A stretch of DNA of 64,000 nt. Source: Gemmatimonadota bacterium. Lineage in GTDB: Bacteria; Gemmatimonadota; Gemmatimonadetes; Palauibacterales; Palauibacteraceae. Position 1 is the stretch's first letter. Each line of letters starts with the position of its first letter. Position numbers and translations under genes: made by a program. The notes below the pieces were generated by a model that did no database searches, was not told the DNA's origin, and saw only the letters and a list, made by a program, of their open reading frames with translations. Location: assembly GCA_046758745.1 (NCBI GenBank), contig JBHIAV010000003.1:1-64000 (forward strand), read 5' to 3'. Below, in pieces: positions 61,767 through 64,000 of the stretch.

Positions 61767-61893
61767 GCGCCGGGGGGTGCGAGAACGCTCCGGGCGCGCA
61801 TGCGCCTTGCGTACCTCCGGAGTGCGAGGTAGACAGGTGAAGGGAACTCGGCACGAGCCCGAGGCAGGAAGAGGGACCCACCAGCGAGGACGC

Positions 61894-62382
61894 ATGTCAC
61901 GTCTGCGCGCCGCTCTTCTCATCATCGCCCTCGTCGCCTGCGGCCGCCCGGATGCGGGAGGGAGCTCGGCCGAGGGCTCGGCCACCACCGGAGAGCGGGC
62001 CCGCGGCGAGATCAAGCATGATTTCGCCGAAGAGCTCGGGGTCAACCTGGCTTCCATGACGCGGACGGCGTCGGGACTGTATTACCGGGACCTCGCCGCG
62101 GGGCGGGGGCTCGATGCCCGGCCCGGCCACGTCGTGGTGATCCGTTACACGGAATGGCTCCCCAACGGCGCCCGGGTCAGCGGCCACGACAGGCTCGATT
62201 TTCCGCTCGGCGGCGGGAGGGTGATCGCCGGATGGGAAGAGGGGATCACCGGCATGCGCATCGGCGGTAGGCGGCAGTTGGTCATCCCCCCACACCTCGC
62301 ATACGGATCGCGGGGCCGTGGTGAGATCCCGCCGAACGCGACCCTCATCATGGACGTGGAACTGCTCGAGATCCGGATGTGA
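61894..62382 (+). CDS. FKBP-type peptidyl-prolyl isomerase (lipoprotein)
   Basis: Lipobox LVAC; TASGLYY, VIAGWEEG, IPPHLAYG, IPPNATL. Confidence 0.92.
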   Translation: MSRLRAALLIIALVACGRPDAGGSSAEGSATTGERARGEIKHDFAEELGVNLASMTRTASGLYYRDLAAGRGLDARPGHVVVIRYTEWLPNGARVSGHDRLDFPLGGGRVIAGWEEGITGMRIGGRRQLVIPPHLAYGSRGRGEIPPNATLIMDVELLEIRM

Positions 62383-62432
62383 CAAGTCGCTCCCCGCCCG
62401 ATGTGAGCCCGCCCGAGCTGGCTGTCGTGCCG

Positions 62433-62705
62433 TCATTCCTCCAAAGACCCGGCGGCGATGCCCAGGAGGAGGGTCGCGAGACAGCCGCCGCCGTACACGA
62501 CGAGGACGGGAAGCCAGCTCCGCCACACGAAGAGGGCATACCACGGGGCCACGGCTAGGGTCAGAGGGAAGAGGATCGAGGCCAGGATCAGCCCCCACAG
62601 ACCCGCCAGCGCGTGCGCGATCTGCAGCCCGAGGGCCAGCCCCGACAGGCCCACCACGCCCCACGACACGTATGCCGTCCCGCGCAGCCACACCGCTCGC
62701 CGCAT
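62433..62705 (-). CDS. Small hypothetical membrane protein
   Basis: About three hydrophobic segments; GGAGG SD before ATG. Confidence 0.6.
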   Translation of the reverse strand: MRRAVWLRGTAYVSWGVVGLSGLALGLQIAHALAGLWGLILASILFPLTLAVAPWYALFVWRSWLPVLVVYGGGCLATLLLGIAAGSLEE

Positions 62706-62987
62706 GACCCGCCCTCCTGACTGGGGCCGATTCGACACGGATCGCGGCGCCGGAAGGGGCCTCCCGGTCGCCGCGGTGCGCGGAAGGTGCACCCCTCCGG
62801 GTGCGCCGAGCTCCCGCGCGTGGGTTCCGCCTGCAGCTTCCCGGCCAGCTCGGGGTGGAGAGCGTTAATTGGCGGCCGGCAAGTGAGTTGCAGCGGAGAG
62901 CCGAGGCGAGAGTGGTCCGGCCGACGAGGAAAGTATTTTCACCGGTTCAGCGCCCGACTGTGGCGGGCACGGAGTGCTCCTGCCTCC

Positions 62988-63857
62988 CTAGGGCCCCTGG
63001 TTCCCGCGGGGCACGAGGGCGACGGCGCGGAGCGGGCCCCCGGAGCCGCCGGCGATCTTCATCGGAAGAGCGACGATGAGAAAGCCCGTGGCGGGCAGCC
63101 GGTCCAGGTTTGCGAGGTTCTCCAGACCCGGAACGTCGGCGGCGGCCGCGATGCGGTGAACGATGAAGTCCTGCGAGGGACCATAGTCGATGGACGCGAC
63201 GTCGGCACCGAGAGCGGCCACTCCTCTCTCCTCTACGAGTAGCCGCGCCGCCGACTCGCCGTAGCTCGGAAAGTGCAGGTTCGAGGCATCCCCCGGGGTG
63301 TCATCACCCAGGTACGCCCTCGGGTCCGGCCACCGGGACCCATATCCCGTGCGCAGCAGGACGATGGTGCCCGGCTCGACGCGGCCGTGCCGCCGCTCGA
63401 ACTCCAGGACATCCTCGGAGACGAGCCGATAGTCCGGCTCCTCGGCGGCTCGCTCCGTGATGTCGATCACCACACCCGGTGCGATGAGCTGCGAGAGGGG
63501 GATCTCATCCGTCGTGTGCCGACCCTCACCGAAATGCCTCGGGGCATCGAGGTGGGTACCGCCGTGCTCGGGCGCGCGGAACGCGTTGGCCGCGTAGAAG
63601 TAGCCTGCCTCGGTCCACCCGTAGCTCAGTCGCTCGAGCTCGAAGGTGGACGGCGAGGTCGGCCAGTAGACGGTCGCGGAATCGAACGCATGGGTCAGGT
63701 CTACGATCTCGGCGCTGGAGAGGTCCACGATCTGGGAGGAGGCGGGGCCAGCCACGAGCCATAAGAGCAAGCCACACGCTCCCAGAGATCGGCGCGCGCA
63801 CGAGCCGGAGCTCCGCCTTCGCGCATCACAGAACCGAGCGGTTCGCGAGGGCATCAT
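62988..63857 (-). CDS. Cyclase family (kynurenine formamidase-like) hydrolase, exported
   Basis: DLTH, EHGGTHLDAPRH, LLRTG, ENLANL, GGSGGPLR. Confidence 0.9.
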   Translation of the reverse strand: MMPSRTARFCDARRRSSGSCARRSLGACGLLLWLVAGPASSQIVDLSSAEIVDLTHAFDSATVYWPTSPSTFELERLSYGWTEAGYFYAANAFRAPEHGGTHLDAPRHFGEGRHTTDEIPLSQLIAPGVVIDITERAAEEPDYRLVSEDVLEFERRHGRVEPGTIVLLRTGYGSRWPDPRAYLGDDTPGDASNLHFPSYGESAARLLVEERGVAALGADVASIDYGPSQDFIVHRIAAAADVPGLENLANLDRLPATGFLIVALPMKIAGGSGGPLRAVALVPRGNQGP

Positions 63858-64000
63858 CCTGTCACCTCCTGCGTCGTATTGTGCGCGGATCATCCTGTCA
63901 TCTTCCCCGACGCGACCGTCCGACCTTCCCCGCGGGCACGAACCTCGGGCCTCTCCCCGACGCGCCGCTCGACGCTCGCGTGGGCGCGCCGCCCGGATGG

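Noticed and set aside
62877-62892. Sigma-54-like motif CGGCAAGTGAGTTGCA on the plus strand
   Set aside because: No credible plus-strand gene downstream; it points into the 3' end of the cyclase gene

Overview
High-GC bacterial chromosomal window, gene-dense (~55 CDS). The many secreted and lipoprotein genes suggest Gemmatimonadota, but that is only an inference. I found no rRNA, tRNA, CRISPR array or intact mobile element. Housekeeping genes include gltA, sdhCAB, type II NADH dehydrogenase, kup, pepF, Leu/Phe/Val dehydrogenase, csp-rpsU, ferritin, FKBP and sdpRI. The main hidden feature is a selenoprotein that the ORF track splits in two: a secreted, cysteine-free peroxiredoxin (16394-16987, minus) with TGA at the peroxidatic position (TPG-U-TIQM) followed by a SECIS-like hairpin. 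It ends a co-oriented run of apparently exported redox genes (sulfite-oxidase-family Mo enzyme, cytochrome c lipoprotein, Met/His-tailed protein, multicopper oxidase, His-rich LVIVD-like beta-propeller) and abuts a convergent exported CxxC thioredoxin. Together these are a candidate undescribed periplasmic Mo/Cu/Se sulfur-redox system. Other oddities: an apparently truncated or variant TPP riboswitch before tandem tenA genes; a kup gene with no canonical start codon for its first helix; a terminator inside the csp leader; a structured segment after rpsU; sigma-54-like promoters before two orphan genes; a PDZ protein with a pentapeptide-repeat tail; and several tandem micro-duplications. Family assignments come from motif recognition only; no database searches were run.
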